DNA of 24,000 bases from the NCBI GenBank assembly GCA_964473825.1, contig CAYYQL010000002.1, forward strand, positions 136,326-160,325. The letters run 5' to 3'. Below, in pieces: positions 1 to 9,149 of this stretch. The notes under the pieces were generated by a model. It had not been told where the DNA came from. It did not search any database and saw only the letters and a program-made list of their open reading frames with translations. This DNA is from an uncultured archaeon (GTDB taxonomy: Archaea; Asgardarchaeota; Thorarchaeia; Thorarchaeales; Thorarchaeaceae). Every line of letters begins with the position of its first letter. Positions within the stretch are counted from its first letter, which is position 1. Both the position numbers and the translations under genes were made by a program.

Positions 1-997
1 CCTGACCTGTGTAGTCTGCAGCCACAGTTGGTGGTGTATCAACAGGACCAGCAACGTCGCCACGACCGAGGTCTTTCCTCTCGACACCACGGACATTGAA
101 GCCGATGTTGTCACCAGGAACTGCCTCATCCATTGTTTCATGGTGCATCTCGATGGTCTTGACCTCACCGGTCTTGTTTGGCGGCATGAACGTAATCTTT
201 GAGCCTACCTTCAGGACACCGGTTTCGACACGACCAACTGGAACAGTACCGACGCCCTTGATAGAGTAGACGTCGTTGATTGGTACACGTAGGGGTTTGT
301 CTATTGGCTTGGGAGGGAGTTCAACAGTGTCAAGTGCCTCCAGCAGGCTTGGGCCCTCGTACCATGGGGTCAGGTCAGGAGTCTTCTCCTTCAGGTTGCA
401 TGCGGATAGCGCAGAAGTTGGTATGAAGTCCATCTGATCTGTCTTGTAGCCGATGCTCTTCAGGAACCCACCGACCTCTTCTTTGACTTCTTTGTACCTG
501 TCCTGGCTGTATTCGACGCTATCATCGTCCATCTTATTGATGCACACAATGATGCTGGGAACACCAAGAGTCATCGCTAGGTATGCATGCTCCTTGGTCT
601 GACCACCAGGGCCAACTCCGGCTTCAAACTCGCCTCTCTTGGCTGAAACAACCAAAAGAGCAACGTCTGCCTGAGATGCACCTGTAATCATGTTCTTGAT
701 GAAGTCCTTGTGTCCGGGAGCGTCAATAATCGTGTAGTAGTACTTGTCAGTGAGGAACTTGAAGAACGCAATGTCTATTGTAAGTCCTCGCTCTCGCTCC
801 TCTTTCAGCCTGTCAAGGGCAAATGCCCAAGCCCAGGAAGGACGGCCAAGCTTCTCGGCCTCAGCCTTGTGCTGCTGGAATGTTCTCTCGTCTACAGCAC
901 CGGTTTCGTAAAGCAATCTGCCCGTCATAGTGCTTTTACCGTGGTCAACGTGCCCTATGACGACCAGGTTTAGGTGCTCTTTATCTTTCTTACTCAA
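1..997 (-). CDS. tuf: Translation elongation factor EF-1 alpha (aEF1A); N-terminal ~330 codons, C-terminus runs off the window start
   Basis: Not in the ORF track (truncated, TTG start). My reverse-complement translation from 997 reads (M)SKKDKEHLNLVVIGHVDHGKST ... IIDAPGHKDFIKNMITGASQAD ... VCINKMDD, which are the G1/G3/G4 GTPase motifs of EF-1alpha. A GGTG Shine-Dalgarno-like element lies ~6 nt upstream of the TTG at 997..995. Confidence 0.93.
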   Translation of the reverse strand, partial: MSKKDKEHLNLVVIGHVDHGKSTMTGRLLYETGAVDERTFQQHKAEAEKLGRPSWAWAFALDRLKEERERGLTIDIAFFKFLTDKYYYTIIDAPGHKDFIKNMITGASQADVALLVVSAKRGEFEAGVGPGGQTKEHAYLAMTLGVPSIIVCINKMDDDSVEYSQDRYKEVKEEVGGFLKSIGYKTDQMDFIPTSALSACNLKEKTPDLTPWYEGPSLLEALDTVELPPKPIDKPLRVPINDVYSIKGVGTVPVGRVETGVLKVGSKITFMPPNKTGEVKTIEMHHETMDEAVPGDNIGFNVRGVERKDLGRGDVAGPVDTPPTVAADYTGQ

Positions 998-1004
998 TTG
1001 TAAC

Positions 1005-1085
1005 ACCACGTTTTTATAAAGCCCAATCCCTCATCTGGGGAATGGACTAACCCTCCAGTTTGAGTGTTACTTTTAATGATTTCGA
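1005..1085. promoter_or_regulatory. Divergent promoter region between tuf and the phosphorylase gene, with AT-rich TATA-like elements
   Basis: The palindromic TTTTTATAAA at 1011..1020 and CTTTTAATG at ~1069..1078 are the only AT-rich boxes in the 140-nt divergent spacer. Which one serves which gene is not resolved. Confidence 0.3.
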
Positions 1086-1135
1086 CAAGGTTCTTTCGCC
1101 AGGGCAGGTCATAGCAACACCGAGGAGCAATTCTG

Positions 1136-1810
1136 TGTGAAATCTCTCAGATGTCCGGAGGACCTGATACGAAAGTAAGACCATCGGAAGTGAGATATCC
1201 GTCCTCTGTAGTAGGCCTGTTCGATGCAGAGAAAGCACCGGGAATCGCAGGTGGGCTTGAGGGGAAGATGGATGATGACAGTGTACTGTATCCCTGTTAT
1301 TTTGGAGCGCCAGCAGCAGGACTCCACTTGGAAGCACTCATCGCGTCCGGTGTCAGCACTGTGGTGATGGCCGGTGAAGGTGGTTCGATTTCCGCGGATT
1401 TGCCCATAGGTTCGATTGTTATTCCTACCTGTGGAATGAGAGAAGAAGGGACATCCTATCATTATCTTCCTCCACAGGATACGGTCCTTCCATCGGAATC
1501 GCTTCTTAGGCAGATTGAGGAGTCGATTGGAGCAGATGGCTCGACACAGGGTGGTGTATGGACGACAGACGCAGGACTCCGCGAAACCAAAGACAAGGTC
1601 ATAAAATATGCAGAGAAAGGAATTGTAACGGTGGATATGGAATGTACTGCCCTGATGGCCATTGCAATATTCCGAGAGGTAGAATTCGCGGCAGTGCTTG
1701 TTGTCACAGATGAACTCTTTGCTGGACGATGGAAGAGAGGTTTTAGAAGCAGAGAAGTTGAAGTGGCAAAGAAACATGTTGCAGAGAGCATCGCGAGAGT
1801 TCTACACTAG
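1136..1810 (+). CDS. Nucleoside phosphorylase family protein (PNP/UDP family 1, uridine/purine phosphorylase-like)
   Basis: Track ORF 1151..1810. Motifs IPTCGMREEGTSYHY and TVDMECTALMAIA resemble the phosphate/ribose-binding and (E)MEsaAL motifs of the PNP_UDP_1 family. An in-frame GTG at 1136 is preceded by GAGGAG (1122..1127), so I prefer it as the start. Substrate is unknown. Confidence 0.75.
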   Translation, partial: CEISQMSGGPDTKVRPSEVRYPSSVVGLFDAEKAPGIAGGLEGKMDDDSVLYPCYFGAPAAGLHLEALIASGVSTVVMAGEGGSISADLPIGSIVIPTCGMREEGTSYHYLPPQDTVLPSESLLRQIEESIGADGSTQGGVWTTDAGLRETKDKVIKYAEKGIVTVDMECTALMAIAIFREVEFAAVLVVTDELFAGRWKRGFRSREVEVAKKHVAESIARVLH

Positions 1811-2026
1811 CTCTGTTGTCTGCAGAGACCGGTGTTCCAGTAGTTCTTTGACGGAAGTTCTGGTTCTGCGTGCTAGGTCTGTCTGACGGTCTTGCCCCAA
1901 GACACTTCCGCCCCCACCATCTTCTTCCATGTTTCGGGATTCATCAGTGGCATCATGGAACAAGAGTGTCACTACTAGCTGAAAGAAATAGCGAGTGCTC
2001 CTTTCCGATCCGTTCAGGTGTGTCAT
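1802..2026 (-). CDS. Hypothetical 74-aa protein, possibly translationally coupled to the flavodoxin gene
   Basis: Its ATG (2026..2024) overlaps the flavodoxin TGA (2025..2023) in an ATGA arrangement. There is no recognisable motif. It fills an otherwise 210-nt convergent spacer and overlaps the phosphorylase 3' end by 9 nt. Confidence 0.3.
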   Translation of the reverse strand: MTHLNGSERSTRYFFQLVVTLLFHDATDESRNMEEDGGGGSVLGQDRQTDLARRTRTSVKELLEHRSLQTTELV

Positions 2027-2559
2027 ACTAAGAGACTGCGTATCCAGTTTCTAACTTGCTCGAAGTCCCGAAAGTCTATGACTTCAGGAATCTCCTCATC
2101 CGTCTTCTGTCTGCTCTTGACGATTTTCTTAACAAGAAATCCCACTAAACGATTATACTTGGAGAAATCAAAGGCCCCGCCAAATAGGCCTGTCGAAACT
2201 GGATTGAGGCCCGGATAGGAAGAGGCGACCTTATCCAAGTATTCTTCTTGTGCAATCTCGCATCTTTCAGGATCCCCAGCGTCACCACATACTACAAAGA
2301 GTGCAGTCTTGGTGTCTGAGAGAAGCGCTAGGTTGGTTTCGATGAATTTGAGAGGCTCCTTTGTCCATTGACCTGCCTGTATCCCACTCCCAATAACGAC
2401 GAGGTCGTAGGCTGAGAGGCCCTCAGACGGTTGGGCCTCCTTCAGATTGAAGACATCAACCTGTACATTCTGCTCACGTGCAGTCTTCGCCATCTCCTCA
2501 ACAATACCTATTGTGGTCCCATAGCGTGTCCCGTAGCCAATCAGCATGCGTTCAATCAT
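2023..2559 (-). CDS. Flavodoxin-domain protein (Flavodoxin_5 / HemG-like family)
   Basis: MLIGYGTRYGTTIGIVEEMA is an FMN phosphate-binding-loop-like sequence, followed by YDLVVIGSGIQAGQW. The ATG at 2559 is preceded by AAGGAG. The TTG at 2574 used by the track would place that SD inside the ORF. Confidence 0.8.
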   Translation of the reverse strand: MIERMLIGYGTRYGTTIGIVEEMAKTAREQNVQVDVFNLKEAQPSEGLSAYDLVVIGSGIQAGQWTKEPLKFIETNLALLSDTKTALFVVCGDAGDPERCEIAQEEYLDKVASSYPGLNPVSTGLFGGAFDFSKYNRLVGFLVKKIVKSRQKTDEEIPEVIDFRDFEQVRNWIRSLLV

Positions 2560-2679
2560 GGCAATCTCCTTCAATCAAGACGATCGGGATGCTTTTGAAC
2601 CTTCCACTCGTCCATAGTGCTAGAGCAGTTTCCTGTAAAGGAGAGAAGCGTTTACTTCTTCAAAAAGAGATAGTGATGC

Positions 2680-2784
2680 TCACGTTGCTTCTAACGCAAG
2701 CACTTCTTCGCGAGAGGGGGTGTTGTTACCTTGGGAGGAGACATCATTGCCCTGAAGCTGCTCAGCGATAGGCTGCGAGGTCAT
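2680..2784 (-). CDS. Small ORF 3 (34 aa): MTSQPIAEQLQGNDVSSQGNNTPSREEVLALEAT
   Basis: Hand-translated. ATG at 2784..2782 with AGGAGA 9 nt upstream, 7 nt after the sORF2 stop. A T5 tract follows its stop. No homology recognised. Confidence 0.35.
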   Translation of the reverse strand: MTSQPIAEQLQGNDVSSQGNNTPSREEVLALEAT

Positions 2785-2790
2785 AACAGA

Positions 2791-2874
2791 CTATCTCCTA
2801 AAGTATGAGTATGCAACAGCATCAGCGGAATCGGGATACTTCATTGTCTTCGTTTTGTTCTTAGCAAGTGCCAT
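2791..2874 (-). CDS. Small ORF 2 (27 aa): MALAKNKTKTMKYPDSADAVAYSYFRR, paralogous to small ORF 1
   Basis: Hand-translated. ATG at 2874..2872 is preceded by GAGGTGA (a perfect anti-SD match) 7 nt upstream. It shares the MAL start and the C-terminal A-[IV]-x-Y-x-Y-[YF] motif with sORF1. Confidence 0.45.
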   Translation of the reverse strand: MALAKNKTKTMKYPDSADAVAYSYFRR

Positions 2875-2881
2875 GATTGAT

Positions 2882-2983
2882 TCACCTCAGAATGGTGTAG
2901 TATGCGTAACCAATGGCTTGGGTAGACTGAATGGTCTTGTTCTTCTTCTCGGAGTCAGTTCGGTTGTTGGTTGTTAGAGCCAT
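2882..2983 (-). CDS. Small ORF 1 (33 aa): MALTTNNRTDSEKKNKTIQSTQAIGYAYYTILR
   Basis: Hand-translated. ATG at 2983..2981 lies ~36 nt downstream of a TATA box, implying a short leader or none. It is paralogous to sORF2: gcc att ggt tac gca tac tac versus gct gtt gca tac tca tac ttt. Confidence 0.45.
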   Translation of the reverse strand: MALTTNNRTDSEKKNKTIQSTQAIGYAYYTILR

Positions 2984-3015
2984 GATATTTCACAAGGATT
3001 ACCACTCAGAATCAG

Positions 3016-3022
3016 TATATAA
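3016..3022 (-). promoter_or_regulatory. TATA box (TTATATA on the minus strand) for the small-ORF cluster
   Basis: It is the only strong TATA-like heptamer in the spacer, centred ~36 nt upstream of the sORF1 ATG. Confidence 0.35.
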
Positions 3023-3054
3023 TGGAAAGCCACAATGGAGGGTCACGCAATGAA

Positions 3055-3069
3055 GTCACAATTTGTGAC
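3055..3069. promoter_or_regulatory. Perfect 15-bp palindrome GTCACAA-T-TTGTGAC upstream of the sORF TATA box; candidate transcription-factor site
   Basis: Seen directly. A third GTCAC half-site lies at 3042..3046. The palindrome sits ~35-50 nt upstream of the TATA box on the minus strand. Confidence 0.3.
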
Positions 3070-3161
3070 TATGTGGATTGTGCTCCGGGCTTGGTGAGAA
3101 CTAAGGAGATAGGCTGTTCGTGAGCCCATGGATTCCATTCTCTACAGCAAGGGATCCTTCG

Positions 3162-3167
3162 AAAAAA
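3162..3167 (-). terminator. Oligo-T (T6) archaeal-type terminator after uS7
   Basis: The minus strand reads GGGCCGTTTTTTCGA, 26 nt after the uS7 stop codon. Confidence 0.4.
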
Positions 3168-3192
3168 CGGCCCACAAAGTGCGAAATCGAGT

Positions 3193-3891
3193 CTATCTTG
3201 CCGACCGTGCTACACGTTCACGTTCATCCTTTCGGGAGATCGCATAGCTTGAAGGGTCTGCATTATATGCAAGAAGCAGTTCATCAACGATGCATTGCTC
3301 GACAGGTTTTGCGCTCTTATGGGCCGCCCGAATAGCGCCCACCGAGAGATACCTCAGGGCTATGTCGATTCTACGCTGTGGAGCAACATCGACTGAGCGG
3401 GGATATGCCATTCCACCGTAAGAAATGCGGGTTGTTTCCTCTGCTGGAGCTGCATTCTCTACGGCCGTCACCAAGACCTGCATAGGATTCAAGCCGGTCC
3501 TATAGTCGATAATCTCGAAAGCCCGTCGAAGGAAAGAGATCATGCGGAGTTTCTTACCAGCACCTCGACCAGTACGAGTCTTCTTTTCCTTGCGTTTTCC
3601 GGCGTTCATGAGCTTGTTAACAAAGCGCTCTACTATAGGCACTCTAGATTTGTGAAATCTGCTTCGAGCATGTCTTCCAGATGTATGAGGAATCAGAACA
3701 GGCTTGAGTGAAATGTAACGTTCAAGGCCAATATCCTTGATCTCTACCCTTGATGGATCCCACTTACCGAATAGAAGAAGGTCCGGAGTTTCTTCTGGTT
3801 GAATAGCCTCAGGGGGTTGACCGCCTTCGGGTTGTTCCTGTTCTCCTTCCACATCATTATCGACAGTTTCTTCTTCAGACATTGTGAGCAC
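3193..3891 (-). CDS. rps7: 30S ribosomal protein uS7 with a ~40-aa acidic N-terminal extension
   Basis: ..LFGKWD...LIPHTSGRHA...VERFVNKLM...TTRISYGGMAYPRSVDVAPQRRID...YAISRKDERERVARSAR is a full-length uS7 signature. The GTG at 3891 abuts the uS12 stop. The ATG at 3882 with AGGTG upstream is an equally good start. Confidence 0.95.
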   Translation of the reverse strand: MLTMSEEETVDNDVEGEQEQPEGGQPPEAIQPEETPDLLLFGKWDPSRVEIKDIGLERYISLKPVLIPHTSGRHARSRFHKSRVPIVERFVNKLMNAGKRKEKKTRTGRGAGKKLRMISFLRRAFEIIDYRTGLNPMQVLVTAVENAAPAEETTRISYGGMAYPRSVDVAPQRRIDIALRYLSVGAIRAAHKSAKPVEQCIVDELLLAYNADPSSYAISRKDERERVARSAR

Positions 3892-4335
3892 CTAGCGAAT
3901 TGGTTTCTCGGCCTTACCATAGATTAGAGACTCAAGGCTGACGCCATTGACCTTGATAACTTTCCATCGCACGCCCGGAAGGTCACCCATAGCCCCACCC
4001 ATTGCACCGCCGATGCCTTCCACAAGCACTTGATCGTGTTCGTCTATGTATTTTAGACCGCCATCGCCCGGGATGAAAGCTGTGATTTGTTTACCATTCT
4101 TGGACAACTGCAATCGAACAGCCTTCCTTATAGCCGAGTTTGGTTGCTTACTCTCAATTCCAACCTTCTCAAGCACAATTCCTCGAGCCTGAGGAGCTCC
4201 CTCTAGAGGATCGGTCTTCTTCCTTAGATTCAATACTTGCCTTTTGTAGCTGGCCTTCTTCCATCTAAATCGCTTTCTCTTGGCCTTTAATGCCCGGCCA
4301 GCGAATTCGCCCAACGGACTCTTCGACCCTGTCAA
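3892..4335 (-). CDS. rps12: 30S ribosomal protein uS12
   Basis: ..[30 protein letters not shown]...[17 protein letters not shown] is the canonical uS12 sequence. TTG start at 4335 with GAGGT 7 nt upstream. Confidence 0.97.
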   Translation of the reverse strand: MTGSKSPLGEFAGRALKAKRKRFRWKKASYKRQVLNLRKKTDPLEGAPQARGIVLEKVGIESKQPNSAIRKAVRLQLSKNGKQITAFIPGDGGLKYIDEHDQVLVEGIGGAMGGAMGDLPGVRWKVIKVNGVSLESLIYGKAEKPIR

Positions 4336-4412
4336 TTACATTACCTCTATCATAGCTAAGGAGCCTACATTCATGGTGTGCTCTGTGGGTGGTCAGTGCA
4401 TCGCCCTTATGT

Positions 4413-4426
4413 ATGCTTAAAAGCAT
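4413..4426. promoter_or_regulatory. Palindrome ATGCTTAAAAGCAT containing a TTTTAA core, between nusA and rps12; possible internal promoter or terminator
   Basis: Seen directly in the 112-nt nusA-rps12 spacer. The functional assignment is speculative. Confidence 0.2.
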
Positions 4427-4447
4427 TATGAAACGGGGCTGTGTGTT

Positions 4448-4861
4448 TCATGCGATAACAACATTATCAACGTCAAAATGTCGTCTGACAAGAATCCGAG
4501 CTCGCGCAACGTTACGGCCATCCTTGCCTATTGCAATGCCACGATCCTCTTCGTTCACAGTGACGCTAGCAACCTTAGTTCCATCTTTCTGTTCGGAGAT
4601 TACCACATTCTTAACTCGTGCTGGGGCTAGCGCACTCTTTACAAACTCCTCTGGAGTGTCCGCGATTTCGACAATGTCAATATGCCTGCCCAAGACTTCT
4701 GATGCGTGTCGTACGTTTGACCCCCCCTTTCCTATGGCTTTTCCCAAGTGCTTTCTGGGCACTACAAAAATCAATCGTTCTGCTTCATCATCTCTAACGA
4801 CATCAACTGCAGGAGCACCTGTGATTTTTTCGAATGAAGCAATGAGTGACATATCCTCCAT
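4448..4861 (-). CDS. nusA: Archaeal NusA-like transcription termination/antitermination factor (two KH domains)
   Basis: ..FEKITGAPAVDVV...LIFVVPRKHLGKAIGKGGSNV...DRGIAIGKDGRNVARARIL.. shows two GxGG/GKxG KH motifs. The track ORF start (4975) overlaps eL30 by 83 nt, so I use the internal ATG at 4861 (M39). GTG at 4873 is an alternative. Confidence 0.9.
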   Translation of the reverse strand: MEDMSLIASFEKITGAPAVDVVRDDEAERLIFVVPRKHLGKAIGKGGSNVRHASEVLGRHIDIVEIADTPEEFVKSALAPARVKNVVISEQKDGTKVASVTVNEEDRGIAIGKDGRNVARARILVRRHFDVDNVVIA

Positions 4862-4892
4862 TGAGATCTTGACACTGGGCAAACGGCTCGCC

Positions 4893-5192
4893 TCACACCA
4901 TGTCAAGTATTCTTGAGTCGCCAGGCTTGATGACTGCAATAGCAGAAACCATGAACGGTTTCCCAATGACTTCACCCAGATCCCAAGACGTGCCCTGGAA
5001 TATTGTGAGTTTTGTGCCGCTCATCTGTGTGTATTGTTCGATGTCTTCATACGCATCCACAGGACAGTTAGCCGCAACTACTACCAGTTTCGCCTCACCC
5101 TTTCTAAGGGCGTCGATAGACTCTTGCGTACCGATGCGGCACTCGCCTGTGTTGACTGCACTCTCGATTGGTTGATTTAGGCTCAATTCCAA
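4893..5192 (-). CDS. rpl30e: 50S ribosomal protein eL30
   Basis: ..GECRIGTQESIDALRKGEAKLVVVAANCP...GTSWDLGEVIGKPFMVSAIAV.. matches the L30e/L7Ae-fold family in its canonical operon position. It has a TTG start; the second TTG at 5186 has better spacing from GAGGT. Confidence 0.9.
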   Translation of the reverse strand: MELSLNQPIESAVNTGECRIGTQESIDALRKGEAKLVVVAANCPVDAYEDIEQYTQMSGTKLTIFQGTSWDLGEVIGKPFMVSAIAVIKPGDSRILDMV

Positions 5193-5290
5193 ATACCTCG
5201 CTATTCTATGTTATAACTTCTTATTGAACCTGAAGCGGTTCTTTCGGGTTGAAGCACCGTTTTAATGCTTCCGTACTGTGCCTCCAAACC

Positions 5291-6490
<1,200 letters not shown>

Positions 6491-9148
6491 CTATTTCATC
6501 CTACTCTTGCCTAGTACCTTCTCTATTGCAATGTCAATGTTCACTGACCTACCGTGGTCTGATTTACTTGGGTCGACACCATCATCACCAAATCGGAATT
6601 GTACAATCCGACCTGGTGCAGTCCTGACAGTACCATCAGATTCTACCTTCAAGTCCTGCAACGCCGTCATCAGTCTTCGCTGCATATACCCGGAAGTAGA
6701 TGTCCGAACTGCAGTGTCAACAAGACCCTCTCGGCCACCAGCTGCGTGGAACCAGTATTCAATTGGATCAAGTCCACTCTTGTAACTAGATGTAACAAAA
6801 CCACGAGCACGAGCGCCCAAGTCACCTCTCTCAAAGTGAGGGAGTGTGCGGCCAATATAGCCTCGACTGATGCGTTCGCCACGAACAGCCTGCTGTCCAA
6901 CAACCGCAGCCATCTGTGAGAGGTTCAGTCGTGACCCCCGAGCTCCTGTCTGTGCCATGATAACTGCAGAGTTCTCAAGGCCCAAGTGTTCACCTGCAAC
7001 CTCACCTGCAGAGTCTCTTGCCTCTGCAAGTGTGGCCATGATTCGCTGCTCTAGTGTTTCAAGCAGTGTCTGGCCGGGATTTGGATCTAGCTCAGCTCGT
7101 TTGTAAGTTTCAATGAGTTGATTGACCTTCTTGTCAGCCTCTTCGAGGATTATCTTGATTCTTCGAGATGCCTCCTTAGGCAGCGTCACGTCATCAAGAC
7201 CCATTGAAAAGCCTCGATCTGTGATTAGTCGAACAAGAAGGCGTCCAACTGAGTCCATGAAATTGCGCCCTGCGGTGGAGCCTTTTTCCTTGATGATGCG
7301 ATGGAATAAGGAGTCGGGCTCACCGGCACCAAAGGCTTTCTCATCCACAACGCCGAACTCTAGTTCTCCGTTCCGGATGACAACGTATGCGTCATACTCA
7401 CAGTCCTCCATCTTGCACACCTTACATTTTCGGCAAATATTGGCCTTGAACGAGATGTTGATGCCTTCGGGGATGAACATACTGAATATCTGTTTCCCGG
7501 TCCATAACTGCAGAGGTGCCTTGATTGCGGGTTCAGGTAGCTCGCCCTCAAACTTTGCTGTGGCCGTCAGCTGGTTCACCTGATTCAGAGTGAACAGACT
7601 TGACTTCCGAGTCAGCAAAAATGCTGCTGAAATGTAGTCCTGTAGTGCTCCGATGATAGGACCACCATACCGCGGAGAGAGGATCTGTTCTTGTACCCGC
7701 ATGAGGACACGTGCCTCGGCGCGGGCCTCTTCAGATTGTGGTACATGAAGATTCATTTCATCACCATCAAAGTCTGCGTTGTAGGGTGGGCAGACGAACA
7801 GGCTCAGTCTGAAGGTTCGGTAAGGCATTACCCGCACTTCATGAGCCATGATGGACATCCTGTGAAGTGAAGGTTGTCGATTGAACAACACGATATCGCC
7901 TGAGTCAAGGTGTCGTTCCACAACGAAACTGGGCTCTATCGTTTCTGCTATGGTAGTTCTGTCCTTCACGAATCGTAGGTCTACTCTACGGCCATCGGTA
8001 CGAATCAAATAGTTCGCACCCGGATGACGATCGGGACCCCGAATCACAAGCTCTTTCATCTTATCCATGTTCCACTCAGTCACCCGTTGTGGAATTGTCA
8101 GGATCCTCGCTATCTCTTCGGGAACCCCTACCTCATTCATGCTTATATTCGGGTCGGGCGAAATCACTGTTCGCGCTGAAAAGTCCACACGTTTACCTGA
8201 CAAGTTAGATCTGAATCGACCTTCCTTACCTTTGAGCCGTTGAGCCAGTGTTCGCAGCGCTCGACCACTTCTGTGCCTTGCTGGTGGAATACCACTCACT
8301 CCATTATCAAAGTAGGTAGTCACATGGTACTGAAGCAGCTCCCAGAGATCCTCAACAATCAGTTGAGGGGCTCCAGCATCGAGGTTCTCTCGAAGACGTT
8401 GATTGATTCGGATGATATCGATGAGTTTGTGGGAGAGATCGTCTTCTGAACGTACCCCTGAATCCAGTGTGATAGAGGGGCGCACAGTGACAGGGGGGAC
8501 TGGCAGCACTGTGAGAATAGCCCATTCAAGTCGTGCAGCCTCAGCATTGATATTCATAAGCTTAAAGTCTTCATCTGGAATGTTCTCAAGGCGAGCCCGA
8601 ACATCGATAGGCGTGAGCCGAACAGACCCTGCCTCACTGATCTCATATATCGATGTGGGTTTCTCGAGCTTGATCTTAAACTGTTCAGCCTCGCAATGGG
8701 GGCAGTTCTTTGCCTTATTGCCCCGTTTCAGAATCTCCTTGGAGAGATTTGCGGTCTTCTGACCAATCTCAGGATAGCGTTTGAACAGTTGCTCAAAGTG
8801 TTCAATCTCCTCTTCGCTAAGAAGAAGTCGGTTGCATTCTCTGCATGTGGCTCTCAGTACCTTATAGATTACCTTAGCGTAGCCCTCGTGCATCACAGGA
8901 CGAGCAAGCTCAATGTGTCCAAAGTGGCCCGGACAGTTACCCACACGGTTTCCGCAGGTTCTGCAACGCTGACCCGGGTCAATAACACCCAGTCGTGGAT
9001 CCATAATTCCTGATTCGATTGGATAACCATCTTCATCGTACGTGTCAGCGACCACGATTTGTGCGACAGACATCTTGCGGATGTCCTCCGGTGCGAGTAG
9101 TCCGAACTCAATCTCGTCAACTTTCTTAGTGCTAGTTGTGGACATCAT
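6491..9148 (-). CDS. rpoA1: DNA-directed RNA polymerase subunit A'
   Basis: It carries Zn-binding CRTCG..CPGHFGH, the catalytic YNADFDGDEMNLHVPQS (NADFDGD) motif and the bridge-helix region. Its start lies 1 nt after the rpoB stop. Confidence 0.98.
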   Translation of the reverse strand: MMSTTSTKKVDEIEFGLLAPEDIRKMSVAQIVVADTYDEDGYPIESGIMDPRLGVIDPGQRCRTCGNRVGNCPGHFGHIELARPVMHEGYAKVIYKVLRATCRECNRLLLSEEEIEHFEQLFKRYPEIGQKTANLSKEILKRGNKAKNCPHCEAEQFKIKLEKPTSIYEISEAGSVRLTPIDVRARLENIPDEDFKLMNINAEAARLEWAILTVLPVPPVTVRPSITLDSGVRSEDDLSHKLIDIIRINQRLRENLDAGAPQLIVEDLWELLQYHVTTYFDNGVSGIPPARHRSGRALRTLAQRLKGKEGRFRSNLSGKRVDFSARTVISPDPNISMNEVGVPEEIARILTIPQRVTEWNMDKMKELVIRGPDRHPGANYLIRTDGRRVDLRFVKDRTTIAETIEPSFVVERHLDSGDIVLFNRQPSLHRMSIMAHEVRVMPYRTFRLSLFVCPPYNADFDGDEMNLHVPQSEEARAEARVLMRVQEQILSPRYGGPIIGALQDYISAAFLLTRKSSLFTLNQVNQLTATAKFEGELPEPAIKAPLQLWTGKQIFSMFIPEGINISFKANICRKCKVCKMEDCEYDAYVVIRNGELEFGVVDEKAFGAGEPDSLFHRIIKEKGSTAGRNFMDSVGRLLVRLITDRGFSMGLDDVTLPKEASRRIKIILEEADKKVNQLIETYKRAELDPNPGQTLLETLEQRIMATLAEARDSAGEVAGEHLGLENSAVIMAQTGARGSRLNLSQMAAVVGQQAVRGERISRGYIGRTLPHFERGDLGARARGFVTSSYKSGLDPIEYWFHAAGGREGLVDTAVRTSTSGYMQRRLMTALQDLKVESDGTVRTAPGRIVQFRFGDDGVDPSKSDHGRSVNIDIAIEKVLGKSRMK

Positions 9149-9149
9149 A

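Noticed and set aside
1109-1777. 222-aa ORF on the minus strand
   Set aside because: It is the antisense shadow of the phosphorylase gene. Its translation is Cys/His/Phe-rich with no motif, whereas the plus-strand frame carries clear PNP/UDP-family motifs.
2478-2771. 97-aa plus-strand ORF spanning the flavodoxin start and sORF3
   Set aside because: It is antisense to a well-supported gene and to the SD-led small ORFs, with no SD and no motif.
4389-4916. 175-aa plus-strand ORF
   Set aside because: It is an exact antisense mirror of nusA with a Ser/Thr-rich shadow-frame composition.
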